Origin: Bacteroidales bacterium
Lineage (GTDB): Bacteria > Bacteroidota > Bacteroidia > Bacteroidales > UBA3824
Length of the DNA: 53,815 nt
NCBI GenBank assembly: GCA_017394445.1
Contig: JAFPYT010000246.1
Coordinates: 1 to 53,815, forward strand
Reading direction: 5' to 3'
The notes under the pieces are model-generated. The model saw only the letters and a program-made list of their open reading frames with translations, ran no database searches and was not told the DNA's origin. A program made the translations under genes and the position numbers. This document shows, piece by piece, positions 10,235-19,339 of this stretch (within the stretch, counting starts at the first letter, position 1; each line of letters begins with the position of its first letter).

Positions 10235-10250
10235 TGCAAATCTTATGCCA
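10235..10250 (-). promoter_or_regulatory. sigma-54 (-24/-12) promoter of the siaC-like gene
   Basis: Minus strand TGGCATAAGATTTGCA: GG-N10-GC spacing exact, 50 bp upstream of the ATG at 10185. Confidence 0.7.
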
Positions 10251-10287
10251 AAGTTCTAATTGTTTTTATTTTTTTTCTATTTTTATT

Positions 10288-10677
10288 TTACATTTCTTGA
10301 TAAATTGAACATACAATATTGTCGGTTTGGTAATCGTCGTTGTTGAGGCAGAAGCGGATGCTGATGTCTTTTTCATCGGCGTGTTGCGGCAGTGCGTAGT
10401 AATATACTACTGTGGCGCGGCGTGTGTGATTATTAAATTCGAATGTGGTTTTAGAATCAATATTGGCACCATCTATGTTAGGTATTGCTACAAAGTCCTT
10501 GATTTGCGATGGCGAATAAAGGTTGATAGTGTAGCATAATAGTTTGCCGCTATACGATTCAATTACATTCACATCTTTAATAGTTATCGCCGCATTGTCG
10601 AACGATAAAACGCCTCCAATTTTGAGGGCCGACCCCAACAAAATTACTGATACGATGATTAACCAATTTGCTTTCAT
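10288..10677 (-). CDS. hypothetical protein with N-terminal TM/signal segment
   Basis: ORF with hydrophobic N-terminus. Start placed at ATG 10677 because a TACATTTG -7 element lies at 10718-10725. Confidence 0.55.
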   Translation of the reverse strand: MKANWLIIVSVILLGSALKIGGVLSFDNAAITIKDVNVIESYSGKLLCYTINLYSPSQIKDFVAIPNIDGANIDSKTTFEFNNHTRRATVVYYYALPQHADEKDISIRFCLNNDDYQTDNIVCSIYQEM

Positions 10678-10893
10678 TGTAAAGTATACTGTTATATAAA
10701 CTATATCTTTCACACCGCAAATGTACGAAAATTTTTATATAAAGTTACACTTTAATGAAAATTTTTTATTTTTTTTTGTTTTTTGCTATTTTTTTTGACA
10801 AATAGGCAAGTGCTTTATTATCAATTTGTTAATTTAATTTAACTAAATTTATCCCTTTATTTTCGTGCAAAAATCATTCCAACTATTTTATTT

Positions 10894-12552
10894 TCATTTC
10901 TTGCCGAGTGTTTTTTTATAGAGAATAGCATCTTTTAACACTTGGTTTGCTGCGGTGATATAGGGGTCGTTTTGCAGGGTGTAGCGGATTTCGCCTTGTT
11001 CGTAGTAGTAACGACGTATTATTTCGTATTCAAGTGCTTTTTTAATTTGGCTATCATATTTATTTGTCTCAGAGATTTTTATCTGTTGGATAACTTCTTT
11101 TAAAGCATCGATTTTCTTTTTGATTTCGGGCGATGAAAAATCGTTGGCGGCGGTTTTCTCCAATATTGCGATTTCTTGGTCGGTTATGGTTTTAAAATTG
11201 GTTAAATTGCTGCCTGCTGCTTGCTTTAATTCGTTTATTTCTGCTTGTGTAACGGCAAATTTTTCGGGTTCGGCTATTGTTGCGTTCTTAATGCGATATT
11301 TGGTGGCAAAATCGAAGATTATGTTTTTATCTATCAGATTTTCAACTAAATAACTTAATGTGTCGGTTGCCACTGTAATGTCAGGCATAATTCCGCCGGC
11401 ATCTTTTACGGGACGTCCGTTTGCGGTTTTGAACGTGCGTATGAGTGAATCTGGTATTGATTCTGCCTTGCCTTGCTTGTTTTTGTGCGAATAGTCGAGT
11501 TTTTGTATGCAGCGGCCTGAGGGGATGTAATATTTGGCTGTTGTAATCTTGCATTTTGCGTTGTAAACAAGGTCTTTGGTGGTTTGCACGAGACCTTTAC
11601 CAAAGGTTTTTTCGCCTATTACCACGGCTCGGTCTAAATCTTGCAATGCGCCAGACACAATTTCTGCCGCCGATGCCGATTTGCCGTTAACTAACACTAC
11701 AATAGGTATTTGCGTATCCACAGGATTGTTTTCGGCGCGGAACATTTTGTTCCATTCTTGCACGCGTCCACGCATTTCTACAATGTCTTTGCCTTTGTCT
11801 ACAAAAAGGTTTACGATGTTTACAGCCTCTATAAGCAATCCGCCGGGATTATAGCGGAGGTCTATAATAAGGTTAGTGATTTTTTTCTCGTTTTTGAGTT
11901 TAAGCAAGGCATCTTTAAATTCAGCAGAGCAGTTTTCGGTAAAACTCGAAAGGTTGATATATCCTGTTGTTCCGTTGATTACGCCGTAATAGGGGATGCT
12001 TTTTTGCTTGATAATCTCGCGACGGATATCTTTTGTAATTTTCTCGCCTTGACGCTCTATTTGAAACTTTACAGTGCTGCCTGCTTCGCCTTTTAATATA
12101 AGGTCTATTTCGTTTTCTGATTTGCCTGCGAAGGTTTTGCCATCTGCGCTAATCAATATGTCGCCAATGAGCAGACCGTTTTTGTGGGCTGGAGAATTTT
12201 CTGAAATTTGGGCAATTACAGCCTTGCCGTTCATCATCTCTAATTCTATACCTGTGCCTGCGTAATCGCCTGAGTTCATAAACATTACATCCTCCACGAG
12301 CGATTCTGGATAATAGACAGTGTATGGGTCGAGGTTTTCGAGCATCTTGTCCATTGCGGTTTTAATTAGGTCGCCGCTTGAAGTTTCGTCTACATACAAG
12401 ATTCTCAGGTTTTTAACGAGAGTATGGAAAATTTCGAGGTTTTTGATAAGTTCAAAATCGTCGCCATCGTCGAGCACCTTGAAACTCGAAAAACCCAATA
12501 GTGCCGCAGCCAATGTTGCGGCAAGGGTTCGCCGTAATGTTGGTTTCTTCAT
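10894..12552 (-). CDS. S41 family carboxy-terminal processing protease (PDZ)
   Basis: LDPYT, PDZ domain, DLRYNPGGLL, SASAAEIVSGALQD and TFGKGLVQ motifs. Confidence 0.95.
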   Translation of the reverse strand: MKKPTLRRTLAATLAAALLGFSSFKVLDDGDDFELIKNLEIFHTLVKNLRILYVDETSSGDLIKTAMDKMLENLDPYTVYYPESLVEDVMFMNSGDYAGTGIELEMMNGKAVIAQISENSPAHKNGLLIGDILISADGKTFAGKSENEIDLILKGEAGSTVKFQIERQGEKITKDIRREIIKQKSIPYYGVINGTTGYINLSSFTENCSAEFKDALLKLKNEKKITNLIIDLRYNPGGLLIEAVNIVNLFVDKGKDIVEMRGRVQEWNKMFRAENNPVDTQIPIVVLVNGKSASAAEIVSGALQDLDRAVVIGEKTFGKGLVQTTKDLVYNAKCKITTAKYYIPSGRCIQKLDYSHKNKQGKAESIPDSLIRTFKTANGRPVKDAGGIMPDITVATDTLSYLVENLIDKNIIFDFATKYRIKNATIAEPEKFAVTQAEINELKQAAGSNLTNFKTITDQEIAILEKTAANDFSSPEIKKKIDALKEVIQQIKISETNKYDSQIKKALEYEIIRRYYYEQGEIRYTLQNDPYITAANQVLKDAILYKKTLGKK

Positions 12553-12573
12553 AATGATATGTGTTTTAATGGT

Positions 12574-13020
12574 TTATTCTTCGTCGTCTTCGTCCCAAGC
12601 GCTAATTTGCACGCTTGCGAGACCCTCTTGGTCGAATATAGCCACGAGGTTGAGGTCGTCGAAGTAGAGGTATTTTTCGTTTGTTTCGGTATCTGTTTCG
12701 GTTTCAGGATTTTCGGCTTTGAGGGTTTTTGTGTATTTAATAAGAGCCTCCTCTGAGTCGCCGAATTGGATTTTGTTGTCGATAGAGTAGTCGGGATTTG
12801 ATGTAAGAATAGACGATAGGCGATAAGTTTCGTCTTCTTCGTCGGGTTCAAGCACAAAATCTGTCATAATGTCATCGTAGAACAATGTCAGCGTGTTAGA
12901 ATCCTTGTCGTTTTCGGTTTCGTCGGGTGCGCCGAATTGATCTGTGATATCTTCCTGTGTGGCTCCAAATTGCAAAGGTCCGAGTCCTTGACCGATGATA
13001 ATGTTTAATTTAGTCTCCAT
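12574..13020 (-). CDS. hypothetical acidic protein
   Basis: Compact ORF packed between recO and the S41 gene. GQGLGPLQFG...FGAPD with two similar halves. Confidence 0.65.
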   Translation of the reverse strand: METKLNIIIGQGLGPLQFGATQEDITDQFGAPDETENDKDSNTLTLFYDDIMTDFVLEPDEEDETYRLSSILTSNPDYSIDNKIQFGDSEEALIKYTKTLKAENPETETDTETNEKYLYFDDLNLVAIFDQEGLASVQISAWDEDDEE

Positions 13021-13033
13021 AATATTATGTGTG

Positions 13034-13756
13034 TTAATGAAATACTGATTTTAAAACTGCAAGGCTTTTAACCGAGGCAATATTGTCGAAACGGAAGTGG
13101 TAGTATTCGATAATTTTGTCTAAAAGGAAACTTCTGTCGGCGTTGCTTAGTGGAATAAAGTCGCACGGAATGTAGTCATAGTTGAGAATCCGGCTGAATA
13201 TTTCGCTGTATGGCGGATGAATCACGTGCCGCGACGAAGAAATGTTTCCCGTGAAGCATCCCTTTTCGATGTCGAAACAGGGGCGTAAAATAGAGTATCT
13301 GTTTTGAGGATAAAAGCCTAAGTATTTGGTAATCTGCAACAAAAATTTTAAGTGAAAATTTCGTCCAGGCACCTCGGATTGATCAAAAAGTTTCAGGCTC
13401 GAGGTAATGAATTCGTACAATTCCTCGTTTTGTTCGGCAAACGTTAGCACCTTAGAGAGAATCTCTGTAATAAACATTGCCGTAGCGGTTTTGGTGGTGC
13501 TAAACGGTATCGAAGTGTAGGTGTACGACGTGGAAATTTTTGAAGCCTGTTTAATCTCCGCTTCTGGTGCTGAGGAATATTCTATCTCGTTGATAAACAG
13601 CGGTTGACAGTAGGGTAGGGGAGATGATTTTCGGTTTTGAGGAATTCTGAAAGCAAAAGCAGCCCTGCCAAGTTCGCGTGTATAAGCATTGACAATCAAT
13701 TTGTTGTCGCCGTACTTGGTGTAGTTAAGAGTTATGGCAGTGGCAGTTTGTTTCAT
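13034..13756 (-). CDS. recO: DNA repair protein RecO
   Basis: N-terminal OB fold (KYGDNKLIVNAYTRELGR), PF, FLLQITKYLGFYP and KSLAVLKSVF, as in Bacteroidota RecO. Confidence 0.9.
   Translation of the reverse strand: MKQTATAITLNYTKYGDNKLIVNAYTRELGRAAFAFRIPQNRKSSPLPYCQPLFINEIEYSSAPEAEIKQASKISTSYTYTSIPFSTTKTATAMFITEILSKVLTFAEQNEELYEFITSSLKLFDQSEVPGRNFHLKFLLQITKYLGFYPQNRYSILRPCFDIEKGCFTGNISSSRHVIHPPYSEIFSRILNYDYIPCDFIPLSNADRSFLLDKIIEYYHFRFDNIASVKSLAVLKSVFH
13243..13258. promoter_or_regulatory. parS: parS-like site TGTTTCCCGTGAAGCA
   Basis: 14/16 match; inside recO. Confidence 0.45.
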
Positions 13757-14490
13757 TATTCTTTTGTGTAAAGAAGGGTTATATCAGATACGTCAACGTG
13801 CTTGCTATTAGTGGTTTCGCTATGGTCTAACACCCATCCGCGTATTTGTTTTAGTTCCTTGTTCGGATTTGTCTTTATCATTGCGCTGAAGCGACGTTTT
13901 TCTCCGTCTTTTTTGAAGCCGTTGGTCATTATGCTTTCGTTGGTTCCATCGTAATAATCGGCAATAATTGTTAAGTGAGGATTGGTTGTACCGTCGTCTT
14001 TATAAAATGTAAAATCTGCCGAAATAGTGTATGTTCCTTGGTTTTCGGTAGGAATTTCGTACGCTATAGGGTTTGTCATTCCGTCGGCGGGCAAGTTGTA
14101 ATAAGAGCGCAAGTTCCAAATGTCATTTGCTGCCTTCACGCGGTTTTGGTCATCACGTTCGCGCTGTTTTTCATCCTCGGCGTTTACTACTTTTACAACT
14201 TTTTCGTATAGAGTTTTGTACCTTTCAGGATGTTGTGTGTACCACTCTATTGTTTCAAGAAATTCGGCTTTGGTAACGCCGGTTTCTTTGAAAATATAGT
14301 TGTAATACGATGCGCTGTCGCCTTTGAGGGTGGCATCGTTATATCCTGTTACAAACATTATGGCGTCGGCTTCGTGCATTTTGATAATTAGTTCCACCGC
14401 CTTGCTTTCGCTGATGGGTGGTTCGTTGCCGCACGAGGAGAGTGCGAGTGCAAATGCTGCCGCTATGGTCTTTATCGTGGTTTTGTTCAT
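13756..14490 (-). CDS. DUF4296-domain lipoprotein
   Basis: Lipobox LSSC and IF...GVTKAEF..TIEWYTQHPERY..LY. Start set at ATG 14490, downstream of the -7 element at 14515-14522. Confidence 0.75.
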   Translation of the reverse strand: MNKTTIKTIAAAFALALSSCGNEPPISESKAVELIIKMHEADAIMFVTGYNDATLKGDSASYYNYIFKETGVTKAEFLETIEWYTQHPERYKTLYEKVVKVVNAEDEKQRERDDQNRVKAANDIWNLRSYYNLPADGMTNPIAYEIPTENQGTYTISADFTFYKDDGTTNPHLTIIADYYDGTNESIMTNGFKKDGEKRRFSAMIKTNPNKELKQIRGWVLDHSETTNSKHVDVSDITLLYTKE

Positions 14491-14514
14491 TTCGTTTGGT
14501 TTGATTATTCGCTG

Positions 14515-14553
14515 CAAAGGTAATAGAAATTTTGCATATTATTTTTATTTTTG
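14515..14553. promoter_or_regulatory. divergent Bacteroidota sigma-A -7 elements
   Basis: TACCTTTG on the minus strand (14515-14522) and TATTTTTG on the plus strand (14546-14553). Confidence 0.6.
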
Positions 14554-14575
14554 CGCTCTAAAAAAACATTGACTT

Positions 14576-15328
14576 ATGGCGAACATATTCTCGGGAAAAT
14601 TCGATACTAAGCAAAAGCGCAAGATTGGTGAAATCCGTTCAGTCTTTGAAAAAACGTGCGAAGAGTACCATCTTGTTGAAAAAGGAGATAAGTTCACAGT
14701 CGGAATTTCGGGTGGAAAGGATAGCTTGACACTCCTACATCTGCTGGCTTTCAAGCGGTTAGTGTTGAAAACAAATTTTTCGCTCACAGCCGTGTATGTT
14801 CACGTACAAAATGCGTCATATAGTATCGATTTCGATAAAATAAAACGCTTTTGCGACGACCTTGAAACTCCGCTCGTTGTAAAGAATATTGTTCTCGAAG
14901 ATCTTCGCAATGCCGAAAACCGTTGCTTTATTTGCAGCCGCGTTCGCCGAAAAATTCTCTTCGATTTTACCCGCGATGAGGGGTTTAATAAACTCGCCCT
15001 TGGTCACAATATGGACGATGCTGTGGAGACGTTGATGATGAATATGGTTTATCACGGCGAATTTTGCAGTATTCCGCCCAAGATGGCTTTTTTCGATGGA
15101 CGTTTGGATGTGGTGCGTCCGCTGATTAAGATTAACAAAGATCAGACGAGGCTCTATGCCGACCTCTACGGATTCCCGAAAATTAAGTCGGAATGTGGAT
15201 TTGAAACCGTAACTGCACGTGGACGTTTCCGACAATTTGCCGACTATCTTGAAAAAATGAACCCCGGCGCAAGGGTGAATATCTTTAACAGTATGAGTAA
15301 TATCAATAGTGATTATTTAGTTAAATAA
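14576..15328 (+). CDS. ttcA: TtcA-family tRNA 2-thiocytidine biosynthesis protein (PP-loop ATPase)
   Basis: SGGKDS PP-loop, CFIC..RR, LGHNMDDAVETLMMN and VRPL. Confidence 0.8.
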   Translation: MANIFSGKFDTKQKRKIGEIRSVFEKTCEEYHLVEKGDKFTVGISGGKDSLTLLHLLAFKRLVLKTNFSLTAVYVHVQNASYSIDFDKIKRFCDDLETPLVVKNIVLEDLRNAENRCFICSRVRRKILFDFTRDEGFNKLALGHNMDDAVETLMMNMVYHGEFCSIPPKMAFFDGRLDVVRPLIKINKDQTRLYADLYGFPKIKSECGFETVTARGRFRQFADYLEKMNPGARVNIFNSMSNINSDYLVK

Positions 15329-15352
15329 TTTGTTTAGATAATAGTAATTAAA

Positions 15353-16447
15353 ATGAATATAGACAGTATTATATCTAAGGCTTTGAAGTTGCAACCGCTA
15401 ACATTAGACGAGGGAGTATTTCTCTATAAGAATGCACCCTTAGCACTACTTTCTGCTGCGGCTAACGAAGTAAAGAATAGTTTTAAAAGGCCCGAAGATT
15501 ACAACAAGGTTGGTTGGATTATCGACCGCAATATCAACCTTTCGAATATATGTGTTACGCGTTGCAAGTTCTGCAATTTTTCGCGTTCTAAAAATTCGCC
15601 CGAGGCGTACGTTACCACAATGGAGCAATATCGCGAAAAAATCTCCGCATTGTTTGCCGCAGGTGGAAACCAAGTGCTTCTGCAAGGTGGAATGAATCCT
15701 GATTTTGGAATGGATTTTTATTGCAAACTTTTTAGCGACTTAAAAAGGGAGTTCCCCGGCGTGGTGCTTCACGCACTTGGTCCTGCCGAGGTGGCATATC
15801 TTAGCAAGACTTCGGGGTTAAATTTTCGTGAGGTTTTAGAGCAGTTGCATAATGCGGGACTTGATTCTCTCCCTGGCGCAGGTGCGGAGATTCTTGTAGA
15901 CCGTGTTCGTAAAATTGTGTCGCCGGCGAAGTGTTCGGCAGGGGAGTGGTTGGAGGTTATGCATCAAGCCCACGTGCTAAATTTACCTACCTCTTGCACT
16001 ATGATGTTTGGTCACGTGGAGACAATCGAAGAGCGTATCCAACATCTTATCGCACTTCGCGAAACTCAGGCACGAAAACCAGAGTACAGCCAAGGCTTTG
16101 TTACCTTTATTCCGTGGCCATTTTGCAGCGAAGATACACGTTTGGTTAAAGAATATGGTATGTTCGCACCAGTTTCGGGCGAGGAATATATCCGTATGAT
16201 TGCTATTAGTAGGTTGATGCTCAATAATATAGCTAATATTCAGGCATCTTGGCTCACAGTGGGTAAAGAAATTGCGCAAATTTGCCTTCATTCGGGCGCA
16301 AACGATTTTGGATCTATTATGATGGAGGAACACGTGGTGTCGGCGGCGGGTGCTAATTACAGCCTCGACTCTAACGAAATGATAGCGGCTATTCGCGAAG
16401 CAGGTTTTGTGCCGTGCCGCAGAAATTCACGGTATGAGTTTGTGTGA
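15353..16447 (+). CDS. mqnC: cyclic dehypoxanthinyl futalosine synthase (CofH/MqnC radical SAM)
   Basis: IDRNIN.SNICVTRCKFC, LLQGG, SLPGAGAEIL, TMMFGHVET, FIPW, QASW, GANDFGS.MMEE.VVSAAG. Confidence 0.88.
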   Translation: MNIDSIISKALKLQPLTLDEGVFLYKNAPLALLSAAANEVKNSFKRPEDYNKVGWIIDRNINLSNICVTRCKFCNFSRSKNSPEAYVTTMEQYREKISALFAAGGNQVLLQGGMNPDFGMDFYCKLFSDLKREFPGVVLHALGPAEVAYLSKTSGLNFREVLEQLHNAGLDSLPGAGAEILVDRVRKIVSPAKCSAGEWLEVMHQAHVLNLPTSCTMMFGHVETIEERIQHLIALRETQARKPEYSQGFVTFIPWPFCSEDTRLVKEYGMFAPVSGEEYIRMIAISRLMLNNIANIQASWLTVGKEIAQICLHSGANDFGSIMMEEHVVSAAGANYSLDSNEMIAAIREAGFVPCRRNSRYEFV

Positions 16448-16750
16448 TTATTTATCCAATCTCTTCAATTCTGTTTCCATTTTTTTTGTATATGCTTGTC
16501 CTCGCGATACTAAATATTGAAATGTGACACAATCTCCAACTATTTCGATATGGAATGTAAAGAATGCACGATAGCCGCCTATTCTGATTCGGTAAACATT
16601 GTCATAGTTTACAAGTCGTTTGCAGTCAGTAATATCGGTAATTGTTTGTGCATTTATTACTTCTTGTATTACATTGCTAACGCTCTGCAAATCTTTGCCT
16701 GATAGTTTTTTTACCGCCTTTACAAAACTTTTGGAGTATTCAACATTCAT
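16448..16750 (-). CDS. RelE/ParE-family type II toxin
   Basis: SKSFVKAVKKL...YRIRIGGYR...SRGQAY; 4-bp overlap with the upstream small gene. Confidence 0.85.
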   Translation of the reverse strand: MNVEYSKSFVKAVKKLSGKDLQSVSNVIQEVINAQTITDITDCKRLVNYDNVYRIRIGGYRAFFTFHIEIVGDCVTFQYLVSRGQAYTKKMETELKRLDK

Positions 16751-16995
16751 AGTTTAAGCCATTTTTCAAACTCTTGTTTCTCTTTTGGGTCTACTATATT
16801 TAAACCTTCTGGGTCGTTGGCTTTGAGATAGTTATACATTGAAGCATCTTCGTATGATTCTACCAATTCATCCAGACTTGTTTCGATAAAACGTTTGAGG
16901 TTTGTACCACGGCTTGCGGCAATAATTGATAGTTCGCGGAATGTTTCTGGCTTAATATCAATTACTTTGCGTTTTGTTTTAATTGCTGTTTCCAT
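16747..16995 (-). CDS. ribbon-helix-helix antitoxin
   Basis: RKVIDI...ELSIIAASRGTNLKRFIE RHH pattern with an acidic C-terminus, upstream of the toxin. Confidence 0.75.
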   Translation of the reverse strand: METAIKTKRKVIDIKPETFRELSIIAASRGTNLKRFIETSLDELVESYEDASMYNYLKANDPEGLNIVDPKEKQEFEKWLKL

Positions 16996-17013
16996 ACTTA
17001 GAAATTTTGTGTG

Positions 17014-17045
17014 CAAATATATTATATATATCGTATATATGCAAA
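17014..17045 (-). promoter_or_regulatory. sigma-A promoter of the TA operon
   Basis: Minus strand TTTG-N20-TATATTTG. The spacer is (AT)n-rich and nearly palindromic, a possible operator. Confidence 0.75.
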
Positions 17046-17056
17046 AAAAGTTGCGT

Positions 17057-18004
17057 TTATTCCACGCATCCCTCCAACAATTTCACTTCCATCTTGTCTG
17101 TATCTAATCTTGCCTTTACCCCAATAGGGAAAGTACATCTCGACTGCACGTGTCCAAATGTAAAGTTTTTTACTACTGGAATGTTGAGGTCTTTTATAAA
17201 ATCTTCGATAACGTAATCGAGCGAGAGCGATTCGTTGCCTTGCGCTTCGCAGCCTTTCATTATGCCGAAAATTATACCGCGAATGCCACGGAGTTTTCCT
17301 GCATTTTTTAGGTGCGTTAACATTCGGTCTACCTTGTAGGGTGGCTCGTTGATTTCTTCAAGAAACAATATTTTATTATTAAGGTTGAAATCGTATTCGG
17401 TGTCTAATAGTGATTGAAGTAAAGTTAAGTTGCCACCAAAGAGCGTTCCACGGCATTTGCCTGATTTTAAAACTGTTGGCTCTTGCGAAGATAGTTCCTT
17501 ATTTTGTTTGCGTGGTTCTTCGCAGGTTATTCGGTAATTTTTGTGTCCGTTGGCAAAAATATCCCACATACTATTTTTTGAGTAGTCGGTTTCGTCGGGC
17601 ACAAGCATCGACGAGTGGAATGTTACGAGTCCCGTTTTTTTGTAGATGGCGCAGATAAGTGCGGTAAGGTCGCTATACCCGCCGATTATTTTTGGGTTCT
17701 CTTTTATGAGTTCGTAATCTATCATATCGAGTATGCGGGTGCAGCCGTATCCTCCACGAGCGGCTAATATTGCTTTGATACTTTTGTCGGCGAATATGGT
17801 GTTAATTTGTTTTGCGCGGTACTCGTCGCATCCGGCAAGGTATCCAAAACGCTCTGTGAGGCCATCGGCGCAAACGGGGACATATCCGGCTTTTTCTACT
17901 TTGGCAACGGCAATGCGCATTTGTTTTTCGGTGATAGGTCCGGCGGGGGCAATGATTCCCACTTTGTCGCCTTTTTGCAAGGGGGCGGGCAATATTTTTT
18001 TCAT
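17057..18004 (-). CDS. ldcA: S66 family LD-carboxypeptidase
   Basis: ARGGYG, GYSDLT (Ser), LFLEE (Glu) and FGH (His) catalytic triad. Confidence 0.92.
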   Translation of the reverse strand: MKKILPAPLQKGDKVGIIAPAGPITEKQMRIAVAKVEKAGYVPVCADGLTERFGYLAGCDEYRAKQINTIFADKSIKAILAARGGYGCTRILDMIDYELIKENPKIIGGYSDLTALICAIYKKTGLVTFHSSMLVPDETDYSKNSMWDIFANGHKNYRITCEEPRKQNKELSSQEPTVLKSGKCRGTLFGGNLTLLQSLLDTEYDFNLNNKILFLEEINEPPYKVDRMLTHLKNAGKLRGIRGIIFGIMKGCEAQGNESLSLDYVIEDFIKDLNIPVVKNFTFGHVQSRCTFPIGVKARLDTDKMEVKLLEGCVE

Positions 18005-18036
18005 CTGTCTGTTTTATTTTTAACTATTTATAAGTG

Positions 18037-18063
18037 CAAAGGTAAAAAATTAGATTACTTTTG
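18037..18063. promoter_or_regulatory. divergent sigma-A -7 elements (ldcA and DUF4294-ruvA-sprA)
   Basis: TACCTTTG on minus (18037-18044) and TACTTTTG on plus (18056-18063). Confidence 0.6.
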
Positions 18064-18096
18064 TAGTTTTATTTTTATGCATAAATTTTTGACGAT

Positions 18097-18726
18097 ATGA
18101 AACGGCTGTGTTTATTTCTTATTATATCTCTATGGGCAATAACGTCGCAGGCGCAGCGCATAATCACATTCGACGAGTATCAGGCTATCGAAGACGAGGA
18201 GCGCAAAAACAGCGTGAAATGGCTCCCATACCGAACCGAAGGTGCCGACACAATTCTTATCAAAGAATTTCGTCCCGCCTTGGCACGTCCGCCGTATGTG
18301 TTTAAAACCAAAAGGCAACAGCAACAATACTCAAAACTTCTTTACAACGTTAAGCGCGTTTATCCCTACTCGGTTCTTATCCGCAAGGTGTACGCCGAAA
18401 TTGAAGATTCGCTCAAACATATCAGCGACGAAGACCAACGTAAGGTGTTTATCAAGGCTAAGGAAAAAGAACTGCGCGACCAATTTGAAGACGAACTTAT
18501 ACACCTCACTATTTCGCAGGGCAAGATTCTTATAAAACTTGTTGACCGCGAAACTGGCAACACTACTTATCAAGTGATTCAAGAGTTGAAGGGCGGATTT
18601 AGCGCATTTCTGTGGCAAGGCGTGGCGCGTTTGTTTGGCTCGAACCTCAAATCTGAATACGATGCCGACGAAGAAGACCGAATGATTGAGGATATTATTA
18701 TTAGAATTGAAAACGGACTATTATAA
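18097..18726 (+). CDS. DUF4294 family protein
   Basis: YNVKRVYPY, LTISQGKILIKLVDRETG.T.Y, AFLWQGVARLFGSNLKSEYD. Confidence 0.88.
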   Translation: MKRLCLFLIISLWAITSQAQRIITFDEYQAIEDEERKNSVKWLPYRTEGADTILIKEFRPALARPPYVFKTKRQQQQYSKLLYNVKRVYPYSVLIRKVYAEIEDSLKHISDEDQRKVFIKAKEKELRDQFEDELIHLTISQGKILIKLVDRETGNTTYQVIQELKGGFSAFLWQGVARLFGSNLKSEYDADEEDRMIEDIIIRIENGLL

Positions 18727-18729
18727 ACT

Positions 18730-19311
18730 ATGTACGAATACATTACAGGAAAACTTGCAGAACTTACCCCTTCGTTTGCCGTTATCGACAACAACGGCGT
18801 GGGTTTTTTGATAAACATTTCGCTAAACACCTTTTCGGCGTTGGAAGGCAAGCCCGATGCAAAACTTTTTATTCATCAGGTGATACGCGAAGATGCCAAC
18901 ATTCTTTTTGGATTTGCCGATAAATACGAACGCGAAATTTTCCGCTTTTTGTTGGATGTTTCGGGCGTGGGACCAAACACGGCGCGGGTGATACTTTCGT
19001 CGATGAGTCCTGCCGAATTGCAAAATGCAGTTCTGTCAGACGATGCCAAACTTATTGGCAGAGTTAAGGGCATTGGTCCTAAAACGGCTCAGCGCATTGT
19101 AATTGATTTGAAAGACAAGATGAAGAAGACTTCCGGTGCGGAGGTTTCGATGATAACTCCACAAAATGCCAACCGCGAAGAGGCAATTGCAGCCCTTGTA
19201 ATGCTTGGCTATCCAAAACCCGCCGCCGAAAAAGCCGTGGGAGCAGTATTAAAGTTAAACCCCTCGCTCAGTGCAGAAGATTTAATTAAACAGGCGTTAA
19301 GGAGCGTATGA
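18730..19311 (+). CDS. ruvA: Holliday junction branch migration protein RuvA
   Basis: REDA..LFGF, VSGVGP, VKGIGPKTAQRIVIDLKDK and ALVMLGY. Confidence 0.97.
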   Translation: MYEYITGKLAELTPSFAVIDNNGVGFLINISLNTFSALEGKPDAKLFIHQVIREDANILFGFADKYEREIFRFLLDVSGVGPNTARVILSSMSPAELQNAVLSDDAKLIGRVKGIGPKTAQRIVIDLKDKMKKTSGAEVSMITPQNANREEAIAALVMLGYPKPAAEKAVGAVLKLNPSLSAEDLIKQALRSV

Positions 19312-19339
19312 TTTTTGCAATTAAACTAACTAACTATTG

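Noticed and set aside
9544-10893. AT-rich intergenic stretches as oriC
   Set aside because: I found no cluster of DnaA boxes by eye, and flanking genes converge rather than diverge. Only origin proximity (parS) is supported.
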